A stretch of 64,000 nucleotides of DNA from Octopus sinensis (lineage: Eukaryota): NCBI RefSeq assembly GCF_006345805.1, contig NC_043006.1, positions 43,896,001-43,960,000 on the forward strand. The letters are read 5' to 3'. Below the pieces are notes generated by a model. That model saw nothing but the letters and a program-made list of their open reading frames with translations, made no database searches and was not told where the DNA came from. Position 1 is the first letter of the stretch, and every line of letters starts with the position of its first letter. A program made the translations under genes and the position numbers. This document shows, piece by piece, positions 24,504-37,481 of this stretch.

Positions 24504-25399
24504 AGCTCCCATCCTTCCATCCCTTCCTCAGCAAAATAAATCCTCAATAGCCCGAGTTAATGAGAAATGCAGTCTGCATGATAAAGCATTTAGATAACTG
24601 CGATTGTTGTTTATCTTCATTATAATTTGTTGCATCAACTTGCAGTGTTGACTGAACAATGCAAACCTGGGTTTTAATGCAAAAAAAAAAAAAAAAAAAA
24701 AAAAAAGAAAGAAACACCCTACCCTGTCTCTGGAATAGATAAATGTGTAAATGTGTGCACAACTCTATATAGAATCAAAACCATGCATATAATGGTAACT
24801 AAGTCTAAAAATTGATTGGCTGAGAAGTTAACTTGGTTGATTTATTTCTCATCAATTTGAGGCTATGGAAAGTAATCTATATGAAAGCAGAAAACGCTGT
24901 CGATATTAACATAAGCAAATATGAAGTTTGATTTGAGAGAGAAATAACAAAGAACAAAACTAAACGCCTCATTGTGTTTAGCACTGTCCTTCTAACATCT
25001 GAATGAAGGGTGCAAGGCATAATGGTTAGAGGGTGTGGCTTATGTTCATAAGGCTGTGAGTTCAATTTCGAACCCTATTAAATCCAGTTTAATAAGTCTG
25101 AGTTTATTCAAAAACATAATCAAGTCAGCAGTTCTACATACTGGGTAAATACACTGACAAATTAACATGAAAATGGATAAGAAATATATAAACATGTACC
25201 AAGCATTGTATATGACATTATCTAGATGCATGGCTTAGTGGTTAGGGCGCTGGGTTTGTGATCAAAAGAGTGTCATTTCAATTCTTGGACCAAGCAATGC
25301 ATAGTGCTCTTGAGGAAAACACTTCATTTCATGTTGCTCCAGTCCACTCAGCTGGCAAAAATGAGTAATCCTGCGATGAACTGGTGTCCTATCCAGGAG

Positions 25400-25457
<58 letters not shown>

Positions 25458-25542
25458 AATATATATAAATATATATGCCAAAAAACACGAAACCAGCCTT
25501 ATGAATCTATGCAACTTGGGAAGGAGCTTTATCCTTTACTTT

Positions 25543-25869
25543 TAGACTGGGTCTAAAAATATTGGCTGCCAGGGGACTAAGGGGGCCCACCCACAACTAC
25601 AAGATGGTCCACCCGCAACTACAAGGGGGCTCACTCACAGCTAGAATGCTGTCATTTTTTTTTTGTTTTTTGTTAAAAGTATTCTTTCCAACTGTCTACA
25701 AACACAGCCAGGCTGAAATAATGCATTCTTCCAGGAGTAAATAAAAATATTCTCAAACTTGAGGGGATGGGCCCCTTAGATACTAACATGGGCCCCCATA
25801 TATGGATTCTAATGGTGCAGGGGCCCACTTGCCATCAGGCAAGCTGGCAACCTGGCCAGTCCACCACTG
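25543..25869. mobile_element. Degenerate MITE (CAGTGGCGGACTGG-type end)
   Basis: Right end GGCCAGTCCACCACTG; left end partial (AGACTGGG); internal 22-bp tandem units. Confidence 0.35.
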
Positions 25870-26615
25870 GTTACAATCATATGGGACATACATGTACGGA
25901 CTGACAAGGTGATCAAAATCAAACTGTCCAGATATGGTCATCAAAGAGTAGAAAGAAAATGACCGAAAACAGCCGCCAACATCTTCAACCTTTCAGACCA
26001 AAACATTGCTCAAAAGAGGTTGGGGAAAAGCCAAAGTACAAGGATCTTGAAATTGAAATAAGCAGGGTATGGGACAGGAACATAAGAACAGCACCAAGTA
26101 TGGTATAAAAAGAAAAAAAATATGAATAAAAACATATAAAGTAAACCAGGGCTTCCAAGCTTAAAAGTTGGCCATGTGGGACACAGCCGGCATCCTATAT
26201 GAAATAGTTTCAACTGAAACAGCACACTCTCTTACATAATGTGCAACCTCGACAATAAACAAACAATGAACTAGCACAGCTCATGCAACACATACTCTTA
26301 CATAATCAATGTCTGGCACTGTAACACAAGCAACTCACACAGCTCACATTGTATACAGTTGATACACATTAATAATATAATACAACTCACACAGGATATG
26401 CCCAGCGCAAGCACTGCCAGTCCATGACTAAACCAAACACAGCACATATGATCGCATAAAACCAGTCACACGCCATTTATGAAACACAAACACTCCCCAA
26501 TAAAATAATAATGCAACCCAGAGAATATATGCGCTAAGCAATCACTATCTGGCACTAAAAGCTAATCGTAATAATAATAATAATAACAATAATAATAATA
26601 ATAATAATAATAATA
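25870..26615 (+). mobile_element. 3' fragment of an RLE-type non-LTR retrotransposon (R4/Dong-like)
   Basis: With frameshifts it translates to TIIWDIHVRTDKVIK..NCPDMVIKE...SDQNIAQKE..EKPKYKDLEIEISRVW, the RPD/D...KY restriction-like endonuclease motif. A 3' UTR and a (TAA)n tract follow. Confidence 0.75.
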
Positions 26616-26754
26616 CAACTTATACAATATATATAATGCAAGACTGATGTAGCATCATTTTTATATTCCCAAGAGGACAATACTGTCCATACTGCACATA
26701 TACATAGCTCAGGGATGCAGCGATTTACCTGGTGATGGTGCAGCAGAAACTTAC

Positions 26755-26760
26755 AAACAA
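26755..26760 (-). CDS. Candidate 6-nt microexon TTGTTT
   Basis: ATTTTCAACAG acceptor and GTAAGT donor. The upstream intron is (CAT)n/(CAC)n microsatellite, so the pyrimidine tract is short. Confidence 0.4.
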
Positions 26761-26771
26761 CTGTTGAAAAT

Positions 26772-27050
26772 ATGATGATGATGATGATGATGATGAAGAT
26801 AGTGACAATGGTGGTGATGATGATGATGATGATGGTGATGATGATTGTGGTTGTGATGATGATGGTGATGATGATGATTGTGGTGGTGGTGGTGGTGGTG
26901 GTGGTGGTGGTGGTGGTGGTGGTGGTGATGACGATGATGGTGGTGGTGGTGATGGTGATGATGATGGTGGTGGTGGTGATGATGATGATGACAATGATGA
27001 TGATGATATCAGTGACGGCAATGATGACACTATCAACAACAACAACATCA
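26772..27050. repeat. Compound (GAT)n/(GGT)n microsatellite
   Basis: Directly visible. Confidence 0.95.
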
Positions 27051-28085
27051 GATCTTGTAACCCATACAATTGTCTAAATTTGTAAAAGCAACCAAGTAAT
27101 GCTAGCATGGAAAAGCAAAAGAAGGAATTTAAAAACAAACAAACACTCAAACAAACAACAACAACAAAGAAAACAAACAAACAAACAACCAAACAGAAAC
27201 AAAAACAAAAACAAATCAAATAAAACTACAGCACACAAATTAATTTCAGCAATATTTGACAAGTAATTGCCAAGATAATTTCAGTTTTGAAAGTTTCATC
27301 TTGGCTAATAGCAGTTCAAAACTAACATCCATTAGTCAACAGTAATAGACAATTAGGAACCACATTAATTTGGAGAATTCTTCACACATTTTATTAAAAT
27401 TAAAATAATTTTCAAATAAAGCATAGAGTAAGGCAAAAATTTTATCATTTTAATGTCTCTTTCTTTTTGTTTTGGGCTTTTTTTTTACTGTCTTTGTTTC
27501 ATTCATTTTTGTTGTTTTTGCTTCTTCTTCCTTTTTTGCTTTTGTTGTGTTTGTTTTGTTTTGTTTTGTTTTTCAATTCAATTCAGTTCAATATAAGTTT
27601 TTTAATAATATATTTCGAAAAATTTGATAGATTAATTTCTTGGGTAATAATAACTGTTTTCAATCACTTTATATTAAATTGAGAAATTATTTTCAGATAT
27701 TAATAAGTCTTTAATCTTTATTAATTCATCCTACATGGCCATCATCATCATCATCATTATGATTATTATTATTATATTATTATTATTATTATTATTATCA
27801 TCATTATTTCTAGATTTCATGCTTTATGTAAATGTCAAACATGAGAAAACAGTTAACAATCATAAGCAAATGGTCGTCTTCAGAAACAGTGAGAAGAAAT
27901 CAATACAACACCAACATATTTCTTTGTTTAAGTCTCGTTAAAAAAAAATGCGGAGCGAGAAAAAAAACAGAAAAGTTCACAGCCCCTACAGCTCTGATTT
28001 ATTAAAGGAGCAAAGAGTTCATAATTTTTTTTTTTTTTAAATCACCCCACTCCCTCTAAACTATTAAAAAAAATAGAACTTAAAA

Positions 28086-28116
<31 letters not shown>

Positions 28117-28264
28117 TAAAAAAACAAAAAAAAAATGGAAGCTCCATACATTGTTGCTAGGAAAAAAGAAATACTCGAGATCAATTTATCAATTAAATAG
28201 AAATTCAATAATAAAATAACAATTTATGTATCAGGTTTTCCATGCAAGTATAGACAAGATTGGT

Positions 28265-28625
28265 CAGTGATGTTATTATTGGCCATGGTGGTGGTGGTGG
28301 TGGTGGTGGTGGTGGTGGTGGTCATGGTGGCAGCAATACTGTGATAATATTGTTTGTAATGGTGTTTAACACTGTTGCAATTCATGTTATTGTTGGCATA
28401 CCGCTGTGGATGACGATGATGATGATGATGCACTGTACTTACTGATGTTGTTGTTGTTGATATCGTTGTTATTGCTATTAGCGTTATTGATATCATTGCC
28501 GTACATTGTCTTTGCCAATGTAATTGTTAATGTTGCTATTGTTAACGATACGTGTGATTGTAAATGTTATTGATGATGATGATGATGATGATGAATTTGT
28601 TATCAATATTGCTATTATTACTAAG

Positions 28626-28682
<57 letters not shown>

Positions 28683-28830
28683 GTCGTTGTTGCCTTTGTT
28701 GTTATTGTCATCGGAGTCATTGTTATTGCTGCTGGTATTGATGTTGTTGCAAGGATTATTAATATTGATGTTGATGCCATTGTTGTTAGTGTTATTGTTA
28801 CCACTGTTATCATACTTGCTGCTGCTGTTG
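28265..28830. repeat. Degenerate trinucleotide tract (GGT, GAT, TTA, GTT)
   Basis: Directly visible; source of the poly-I/L/N ORFs. Confidence 0.9.
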
Positions 28831-29385
28831 CTGCAAACAGACACATACAGTCCACTCTTATCAGTCAGGTTTTTCCTTGACAACAGCCAGCGGAATAGAA
28901 AGGAGATTCTCCTCTAAATCCTCAGCTCATCAGATAGTGTTCTTGCTGTAAGGGGCCCAGCAGGGGAAATACACAGAATTTGCAGAGGAGTGTTTAGAGT
29001 GCAGAGTTAAACCTATCCAAGAGTGGAACCACATCTATAGAGCTCGATATGTTTCCATGTCTTTTGTAAGAGAAACTGTATGGTTCCCAAAAAATCAGAA
29101 TAGAACATTTAAAAGGAGTGCAATTTTGAACCACTGTTTCACCATCACCCTTTTTGGCTGTTCAACCAAAGCTATAATCAAAGGCATTCTAACTACCATT
29201 ACACCACTTATTTTTGGACACAGTATAACTTAAGCTATAGCCTCCAAAGCATCCTTCTTTTCTAAGATGATAGGGTGTGATCTGAGAGAGATTTACCAGC
29301 TATTTCTAGCAGCTTGACCAACTTCATAAAGGCTCTTTCATTTGTTTTACTAATCCAATGTTAGTTGGAAATGAGTTTTAATATA

Positions 29386-29668
29386 TTAACTGCCATGCAT
29401 GCCATAGGCGGTTCATCGCAAACTTTATACAAATGCCATATGCACCACTGGTGGTACAGTTTCATAATTTGAGAAAATATTTTATTCTGTATCTTTGACA
29501 CGGTTTCGAGGAAATTTAAATAACACGAGCGCAAAATATTAAAGTTTAATTATGAAATATTGCAAAAATGCAATAAAATTACATTTCCTCATAATTTAAC
29601 AATATGTAGTGTGACCAACAATACTTGGTACCCACCAGTGAGTTCCAGTAACAGGCCATGGCAGTTAA
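29386..29668. mobile_element. TTAA-flanked (piggyBac-type) MITE
   Basis: TTAA-CTGCCATG ... CATGGCAG-TTAA, plus subterminal inverted segments CACTGGTGGTAC / GTACCCACCAGTG. Confidence 0.7.
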
Positions 29669-29736
29669 CACATTAAATAGATAGACCCACGGCTCTAATT
29701 TTGGGGATCGCTATAGATTTCCCTTTGTTTGCTTAC

Positions 29737-29771
29737 AGGGTGCAGGCTTTCTCTTATCACTGATTTAGTCT
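29737..29771 (-). CDS. Candidate 35-nt exon (x-TKSVIRESLHP)
   Basis: GCTTTACACTCTTTCAATAG acceptor and GTAAGC donor; only one frame is open (phase 1 to phase 0). Confidence 0.3.
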
Positions 29772-30798
29772 CTATTGAAAGAGTGTAAAGCAACTGGACA
29801 CTGCGAATGCCAAGGATGGTACCTAGTTACAATTTTATGTTGTGTGCTGATAGATGTATAGCGCCATGTTAGCAGTAGATTAATGCTTATAAAAGAGTTA
29901 GCATGTTATTCCGAACTGGATGGTGGAGAGGAGAAGAAGTTAGTTGCAGTTATATGGTTATAAAACAACTGGTTGCTGTCCGATCAAACGCCACTGAATC
30001 ATGTTGCTATTTATGTGAGTGGCAGTAAAAGAGTACTAGCAGTAGAGCCAAGAGGCAAACTGATATCAACTATGCTGGCAAAATAACTGAAGAAAGAAAG
30101 CTCCCATATGTACAGTAAATAAATGAGAATGATGACGACGGTGGTGGTGGTGGTGGTGACGATGATGACGATGGTGGCGATGATGATGATGATGATAAAA
30201 ATTGTAACAGCAACAATAAGGATTGAAGAGAAATGATGAGAATGAATATTACTTTGATGTGGAGATTAACATGCTACGAATCCTGCATCTTTCACACAAA
30301 AGAGAAGAAGAGACTAAAGAATAAAAGTTCAGAATACACTACAGCTGATGTTCAGCCGAAAGAGAGGAGGAGGGCAGGGGAGAAGAGGAGGAGGAAGAGA
30401 GAGACAGAGACAGAGAGAGAGAGAGAGAGAGAGGGTGATGTGGAGTGATGGAGAAGCATTAAGTTTAGAGGAAATAAATAATGATAGTTGTTGAAGACAA
30501 TAGAAGACGTGATCTAATAATGGCAATGACATAAAAGGGAGATGGTTGTTGCGAGTGGGTTGGAAGGAAACCGAAGACAGCAGTAGCAACAGTATAAAGA
30601 GGTAAGTAAAGATGTAAGTTAGAATATTAATAGACAAGAATTGCTACAGTAATGGACAGCAACAACAGTAAATAAAAGTTATTATATAGCTAGGGACAGC
30701 CATCGATACAGAGAGGTAATCAATATCAACAATGTAGCAGCATAACAAATAAAAGCTGTGGGATGGAAAATAAAAACATGGAAGAGTGTATGTATATA

Positions 30799-30839
<41 letters not shown>

Positions 30840-31576
30840 TTGTATATATGTGTGTGTGTGTATATATATGCATGTGTGTATATATATATATATTCTGATT
30901 TGGGTTGTTCTTCTTGTTGTTTTTGTTTGCTGATTGAATGTAGCATACTAAAGAGGAAAGAGAAGTGCTCTGGTCTGAATTTGGTTTCCAAAAGTGGACA
31001 TCTGGAAAGTTTTGAAAGCTCCAATTTGATGTGGTGGAGAGTTTTAATATGATAATTGTAAATCATTTCATTTTATGTTGTTATTTCCAACAGACACAAC
31101 TGCTATCATCGCCATCACCACATGATAAGCACTGAGGTAAATTAAACTGGAAATTCGGCTTCACATGTGTCCTGAGTATGGGGAGTTTTCATAATTAGAT
31201 ATCATTTCAAGTGATGTCAAGAATTAGGCTCATATATATATATCTATATTCGAACTACATAATTTGTGATATGGGGTTTAATATGCTTTGCTGAAAGGCA
31301 GTAGTACTCAGCAAAAAGCAATTTTATGTGGTAGCTCTGATGAAATATGGTTTTGTAGGAGTTAAGAGTTTCTGTAAACCAGTGTGTAAATAAGAAAATA
31401 AAGGGAACTTAGTGGCTACAAAGCAATTGATATATTTCACAGCTTATTAAGTACGATATAAAATTGTCTGAAAAAACGCCACCTCCGTCAACGGTCAACA
31501 CATTGTGTCCTCACTTTGTCTCTTTTACCATTCTGCACAAGAACAATCACTACTCTTGTTAGTTTGACAACTCTAC

Positions 31577-32072
31577 TTAACCCTTAAGCTTTTAAACCGG
31601 TTGTACCCAACCCGAATATTCTACTTGTTTTAAGTTCAAACCAGCCAAATCCAGCTACTCGTGTTTACCTTACAATGTTATTCTAAAAGTAAACAGTGGC
31701 ATCATTCAAAATTATAAAGCTACAAGATAATGAATGCATGATTAATTGAAAACAACGTGATTAAATAAGCATTACATTTGGTAAAGTAGTCATCATCATC
31801 ATTTAATGTCCATTTTCCATGTTGGCATGGATTGGATGATTTGACAGGAGCTGGCCAACTGCCGAGTCGTCCAGACTCCAATTGTCTGTTGGAGCATGGT
31901 TTCTATAGCCCGATGCCCTTCCTAACACCAACCACTTTACAGCATGTGCTGGGTGGTTTTTATATGCCACCAGCATGGGTGGATTTACACAGCACTGGCA
32001 TGAGTGCAATGTATGTGGCACCAACACATGCAAAGGACAAACCTGTACATAATCTGAATGCTAAAGGGCTAA
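31577..32072 (+). mobile_element. piggyBac-type MITE interrupted by an antisense SINE (about 31790-32035)
   Basis: TTAACCCTT start and AATCTGAATGCTAAAGGGCTAA end. Confidence 0.7.
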
Positions 32073-32188
32073 ACTTGACTTGATGCTTTCACTGTCCTTC
32101 CTTTCACACATTCCCATTGTAGTTCTCCCCACTGCATTCTCACTAAATACATTTTTCTTAAATATGGTCAAGAGTAAGGTCACATTTC

Positions 32189-32447
32189 CAGTACTATGGA
32201 TATGTGATAAGAACGTCACAGGAGAGGACGGCAAGGCAGATTCTTCAAGCCAAACCAACCAGTAAAAAACCTGGGAGTAGACCAAGATCCAAACAGTTCA
32301 GTAATATCCATAGTTTCAGTTGGTCATACTTGAGAATCCAGCAGGAAAGTGTAATGAGGGTTGTTTTTGATAGGACCCTACCTACGGCTCTACCTACAAG
32401 AACTTCCCAGGAATAGTGGATGGTGAAAATGGATGGAATGATAGATA
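32189..32447 (+). mobile_element. 3' end of an RTE-clade LINE
   Basis: YYGYVIRTSQERTARQILQAKPTSKKPGSRPRSK...SWSYLRIQ...LPTRTSQE* matches the RTE ORF2 C-terminus pattern (GHV.R...R.P.GRPR.RW), followed by a GGAT-rich tail. Confidence 0.7.
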
Positions 32448-32834
32448 GGGAAAGGGGTTTTGCTGGTAGCTTTCACAGATTTTCTGATACTAATGAGATT
32501 GAAGCTGTTTAACATTCCCCCTTAAATCATTGCTAGTCAAAGATTTAAAGAAAGACACATGCATGGAGGGAATTCTACATAGCTAGTGATCTATGGGTTA
32601 GTGCATTTACTGAGGGTGATGAGAGGAGGAGAGACAAATGAATTGAGTGTGTTTGAGTAAACATGGCACAAGACCAGGCAGCTCCAAAGAGCAGAGTCCA
32701 TTGTAACAGTGATAGAAAAAACAGGGAGGAGACAATACACTTGTGCGCCAGAAAGGTTAGACTGGCTGGCCAACCTGAGGCTTGCTTGATACTTTCTTGA
32801 AGTATTGTGCTTAATTTCAAAATAAAATTGTTTG

Positions 32835-33185
32835 TGGAGTAAAGATTATTTGCCAACATAACATGGCAGTCCTGGTTTAGGACAAATGTTGCTGTAATTT
32901 ACCACCAAGAGACATTGTGTCCAGCTGACTATAAGACACGGTCTGTGTCCTTATATTTTTGAACAAAGGAATCTAGCACCTCCACTCAGCCCAAAACAAT
33001 ATCTGTGTGTCGAGATTTCCGGGTTATTTCGCAATACACAGATATTGTTTTGGGCAAAGTGGGGGTGCTAGATTCCCTTGTTCAAAAATATAAGGACACA
33101 GATCATGTCTCCTGGGACTAAATTACAACAACATTCATCCTAAACCAGGACTGCCATGTTATGTTGGCAAATAATCTTTACTCCA
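32835..33185. mobile_element. Fold-back (palindromic) element, probably a MITE
   Basis: Outer arms 32835-32901 / 33119-33185 match at 64 of 67 nt. Inner arms 32942-33008 / 33036-33102 match at 63 of 67 nt. Loop of about 27 nt. Confidence 0.85.
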
Positions 33186-33359
33186 AAGTACTGTTACTGA
33201 ATGAATATCTCTCCTTGTGAGATTTACAAAATTGTTTGTGTAAAACATTTGTTTCAAAATAAATTAAAAATTTATAAGTGGCAATACAGCAATAGGCTAC
33301 AATTTTATAATTTTAAACAAACAAAATGTATGAAACATTCATGATTCTGCAATTTTGAC

Positions 33360-33716
33360 TATTACTCTTTTACTTGTTTCAGTCATTTGACTGTGGCCAT
33401 GCTGGAGCACCGCCTTTAGTTGAGCAAATCAACCTCTGGACTTATGCCGAACCGCTAAGTTACGGAGACATAAGCACACCAGCATCGGTTGTCGGGGAGA
33501 CAAACAGACAGACAGACAAACATACACACACACACATATACGTATATATATACGACGTGAGTCTTTCAGTTTCTGTCTCTCAAATCCACTCACAAGGTTT
33601 TGGTCGGCCCAAGGCTATAGTAGAAAACACTTGCCCAAGGTGCCACGCAGTGGGACTGAACCCGGAACCATGTGGTTGGTAAGCAAGCTACTTACCACAC
33701 AGCCACTCCTACGCTT
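33360..33716 (-). mobile_element. SINE family A (internal deletion)
   Basis: Homologous to the other copies. Confidence 0.85.
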
Positions 33717-34266
33717 ATATTAGTGCATAAAGTATACAAACAGCCACCAAAAAACTTTCTGAGATGAAAGTGGCCCACAATGTAATTCGAGTTGGCTAGA
33801 CCTGGGTTAGAATGTGTCTGTGAGTGTCTTAACACTAATCTATCAAGTGGCCTGTCTCAAGGTGCAGTCTAGAAAATTACTGTGTTTGTTGTGTAACTGT
33901 TGCACCATCCCAGGTATGAAAGTAGGACTTCACACAACTGAGCTTTGAAATTTTAAAATGAATATCAACCATTCCAACCAATCTAACAGCATTGGACTGT
34001 TCCCTTTCCTCAAGCTTACTAATTAGAAAAAAACAGTTTAAGACAAAAAGGAAGAAATAGGGATGAGATTGGAAAGAAAACAGACATGGAAACAATATAT
34101 GATGAAAGAGAATTCTTGTTCTATATTGGCTCCCATTCATACACCAGTCTAACACATAGAGAAGATCAAAGCAATAATCTGAAGAGAATGGAGTCAAGTG
34201 ATAAGAGATAACAGATTGAGGAATAAGGGATGTCGAAATCCGTAATCAAGTAAATATATAATTGTA

Positions 34267-34429
34267 CAGGCACAGATGTGGCTGTGTGCTAAGAAGCTTG
34301 CTTCCCAACCATATGGTTCCAGGTTCAGTCCTACTGCATGGAACCATGGGCAAGTGTCTTCTATTATAGAGTCGGGCCAGCCAAAACTTTGTGAGTGAAT
34401 TAGGAAGACAGAAACTGAAAGAAACCCAT

Positions 34430-34478
<49 letters not shown>

Positions 34479-34708
34479 TGTGTGTGCGTCCCCGCTCCAC
34501 ATCACAACTTGACAACAAGTGTTGGTGTATTTAGGTCCCCCGTAAATTAGTGGTTCAGTAAAAGAGACCGACAGAATAAGTATTAGGCTTTAAAAAAAAA
34601 TAATAAATCCTGGGGCCAATTTGTTCGGCTAAAACTCCTTCAAAGTAGTGCTCCAGCATGGCCACAGTCAAATGACTGAAACAAGTAAAAGAGTAAAAAG
34701 AGTGAAAG
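34267..34708 (+). mobile_element. SINE family A
   Basis: Homologous to the other copies; AAGAGT tail. Confidence 0.85.
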
Positions 34709-35728
34709 AAAATACATATATAACAACCAGAAAAGTCCTCGAGTATTAATTATAAAAGATGGCTATGCAAAAATGGCACTGGCTGGGCCTGTACTTGTGT
34801 GTGACATATGGTGAAACAGCTACACCCTTCCCAGAGAACTTGTCTCTGTTTGCAGTCTGAAGATTTTCTTTAGATTGTAAACAGAGACAAATTAGATGTA
34901 GGTTAATTGGAATTCAATTAGATTTTGACCTGACACTGTGTACTCCAGCAACATCATGCAATGTTGACTAATGTCTAAAACAACCCAATAAAACACTTTA
35001 TATGAAATGATATTCAAAAGAGGTTTCTTTAATCATTAAACATTATCAGTCTGACACACAATAAAGAGAGTGTGTGTGTGTGTGTGTGTTCGTTTGTTTT
35101 GTGTGTGTGTGTGTGTGTGTTTTCCCCTGATATGACTGAAATGAAAATGTCAGAAGTTAATAAAATGTGGCTAAATCTAAGTTTGGTCTTATTTCCTAAT
35201 CTATAGCAAGTGAGATATTAAAAAGTAACTTTCACACCATTCCAATACACTGACCTGTTTAGTGAATAAGAATAATTCCTATTTACCGAATATGTTTTCT
35301 TGTCAAATGACACAAAAATAATAATAATAATAACGATGATAATAATAATAATAAGAAGAAGAAGAAAAATAATAAAAATAATGATAAACAGTAATTAAAA
35401 AATATATAAACTAATTCAATATTTTAAAGATTATGATACGTTGGGGAAAAAAAGATGTTTGCACTTTTAATCATTTCAAAACAGAACTGCTTTGATAGCA
35501 ATTATTTATGAAGACACAGAAGAAAACAATAAATGAAAGAAATTTAACTAACAGCTTCCAAAACTGTGCAGCTTTGAGGTGCAGATAAATAGTATAAAGT
35601 ATAAATCAAACCACACTGGCTAATTCAATAGTGTTTCTATGACTGAAGAAAGCCAACACACACTGCCTTCAAAGAACACAAAATATAGCAGCACCAATTT
35701 AATGCTTACAACCAACAATTAATGGAAC

Positions 35729-35845
35729 TCAATACAAAAAGCCATTAATGTTCTGTCTTTGCAATTCATCTACATTGAAAAGCTTTTCATATGTGCAGCC
35801 CAATGCAAAGAACAAGTTTAGCTGCTGAAGTCTACGCATTTCTTC
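35729..35845 (-). CDS. Candidate alternative terminal or poison exon EEMRRLQQLNLFFALGCTYEKLFNVDELQRQNINGFLY*
   Basis: TTTGTTCGGTTGCTTTGCAG acceptor. Only phase 0 is open (38 codons); the other two frames stop within 10 codons. Confidence 0.3.
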   Translation of the reverse strand, partial: EEMRRLQQLNLFFALGCTYEKLFNVDELQRQNINGFLY

Positions 35846-35962
35846 CTGCAAAGCAACCGAACAAATAGTCTTGGTAATTATATTTTTAAATTAGAAGAAC
35901 AAAGAAATTCAAAGAAAATTTAGAAAATATCCCTAAAGCGTTTGCAGCAGAAAGAATAATAG

Positions 35963-35995
<33 letters not shown>

Positions 35996-37481
35996 GGAAA
36001 GAAAAAGAAATTCCACATTGCAAAAGAAGACAAGAAAGGATTGTTTGAGTAAACTATCTCTTAGGGAAATTAACAATGAATTAGTTACAAGTCAACATCT
36101 GATGTTATTTATTCACGTAAAATCCATGTGAGCATGCATGTGTGCACGTGCATGCACATACATGTGTACACATCCACGTGCGCATGCATGTGTACAAGTG
36201 TGTGTGGGAGAGACTACATATGTATGTCTATGCACACTTTATAGTCAATGTACGATATTCCAACCCTTTTGCAGTGACATCATCAAAACTGAATACCCAG
36301 GCCTTTTAGCCACTCATTCACTCATACTCTTGCTTATTGGGACTGGGGTTATCCCAGGTTAGTGGTCCCAGAAGCAGCCAGTGCCCCCCATCACTGGCAG
36401 CCCTGTGTCAGCCCTTCTGTACACTCCAAGATGTTGGACAAAGAACAACAGATGTATATAGACAGAGAAAGTATTAGTTTTGTCTCTACATCAAATAAAT
36501 AAAAAGATTCTGGCAGAAGAAGGACAGCTCTGACTTCTTCTAGTCTTACGTTGAAGAGATCATATCGTTAGCTTAACGAGGAATTAGTCTGAAATTAGTC
36601 TCAGCGAATTAGATGATGATTGTGTTGAGTCTTCTGAGAGCAATAACTATTCATATGGAGATTTTATCAATATCTTTAGAGAAAGAAATAGAAAAGGAAA
36701 TGAAATAAAAGAGATGGAATCATAAAAGGACATAATAAATGAACACTCCATGTTGAATGAATATAAAAATATTGTGTGTAAGATATTTGTAAGAAGCTGA
36801 AGGAAAGTAAACATAATGGACTACATGATTAGAACGTAGTTTAATGACGGACGTAGATAGAAACTGTCATCTGATTTCACAATTAGTACTTGATGCTTTG
36901 TCTATCAATGTTCTGCCAGGACACTAATGATGAGAACTGTCCAGAAACTAGAAGCATGCAATACATCATAGTCCATTAACAAAAACACCAACAGATTCTT
37001 CAATATAGTCCTTGCAAACAAACAAAAAAAAAGTAAAGAAAAAGAAAGGAAGAAAAAGAAAACACATACACACACATACATCTATAGAAAAGGCAAAGTG
37101 AATTTCTAGACATCAATAAAAAGAGAAAAAAAGAAGAAAAAAAAGGAATGAGAGCTGAGAGTAATGATAAAATATGTAAGATGTTGATGCTGCTACAAGT
37201 TAAAGTGAAATATAACAAATGTCAACATGAAGGAAAAAAGAACACTTGTCAGGAATAATTATTCTTCAATTATGAGAAAAGAATTATATGAAAAGGAAAG
37301 ATGAAGAAAGATGAAAGATATTAATAATGGCTTTTTATTTCCTTCTGTCTTTACTTGAGCCAATTCATCACAAATGGTAACAATAGAAAATATTTAGATA
37401 TTAACGGAAGCCAATGAGGCTATATTTTTCCTCAAACAATACATGGTGGAGGACTGCTTTCTCTCTAGCCAGACACTTACT

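Noticed and set aside
31094-31136. Plus-strand 43-nt exon-like segment (TTTCCAACAG ... GAG|GTAAAT)
   Set aside because: Isolated, opposite to the strand of all other splice evidence, with low-complexity content.
36780-36960. ATGATGAG...GAAAC pattern suggesting another hammerhead or Penelope end
   Set aside because: The core lacks CUGA and no stem II can be formed; too degenerate to call.
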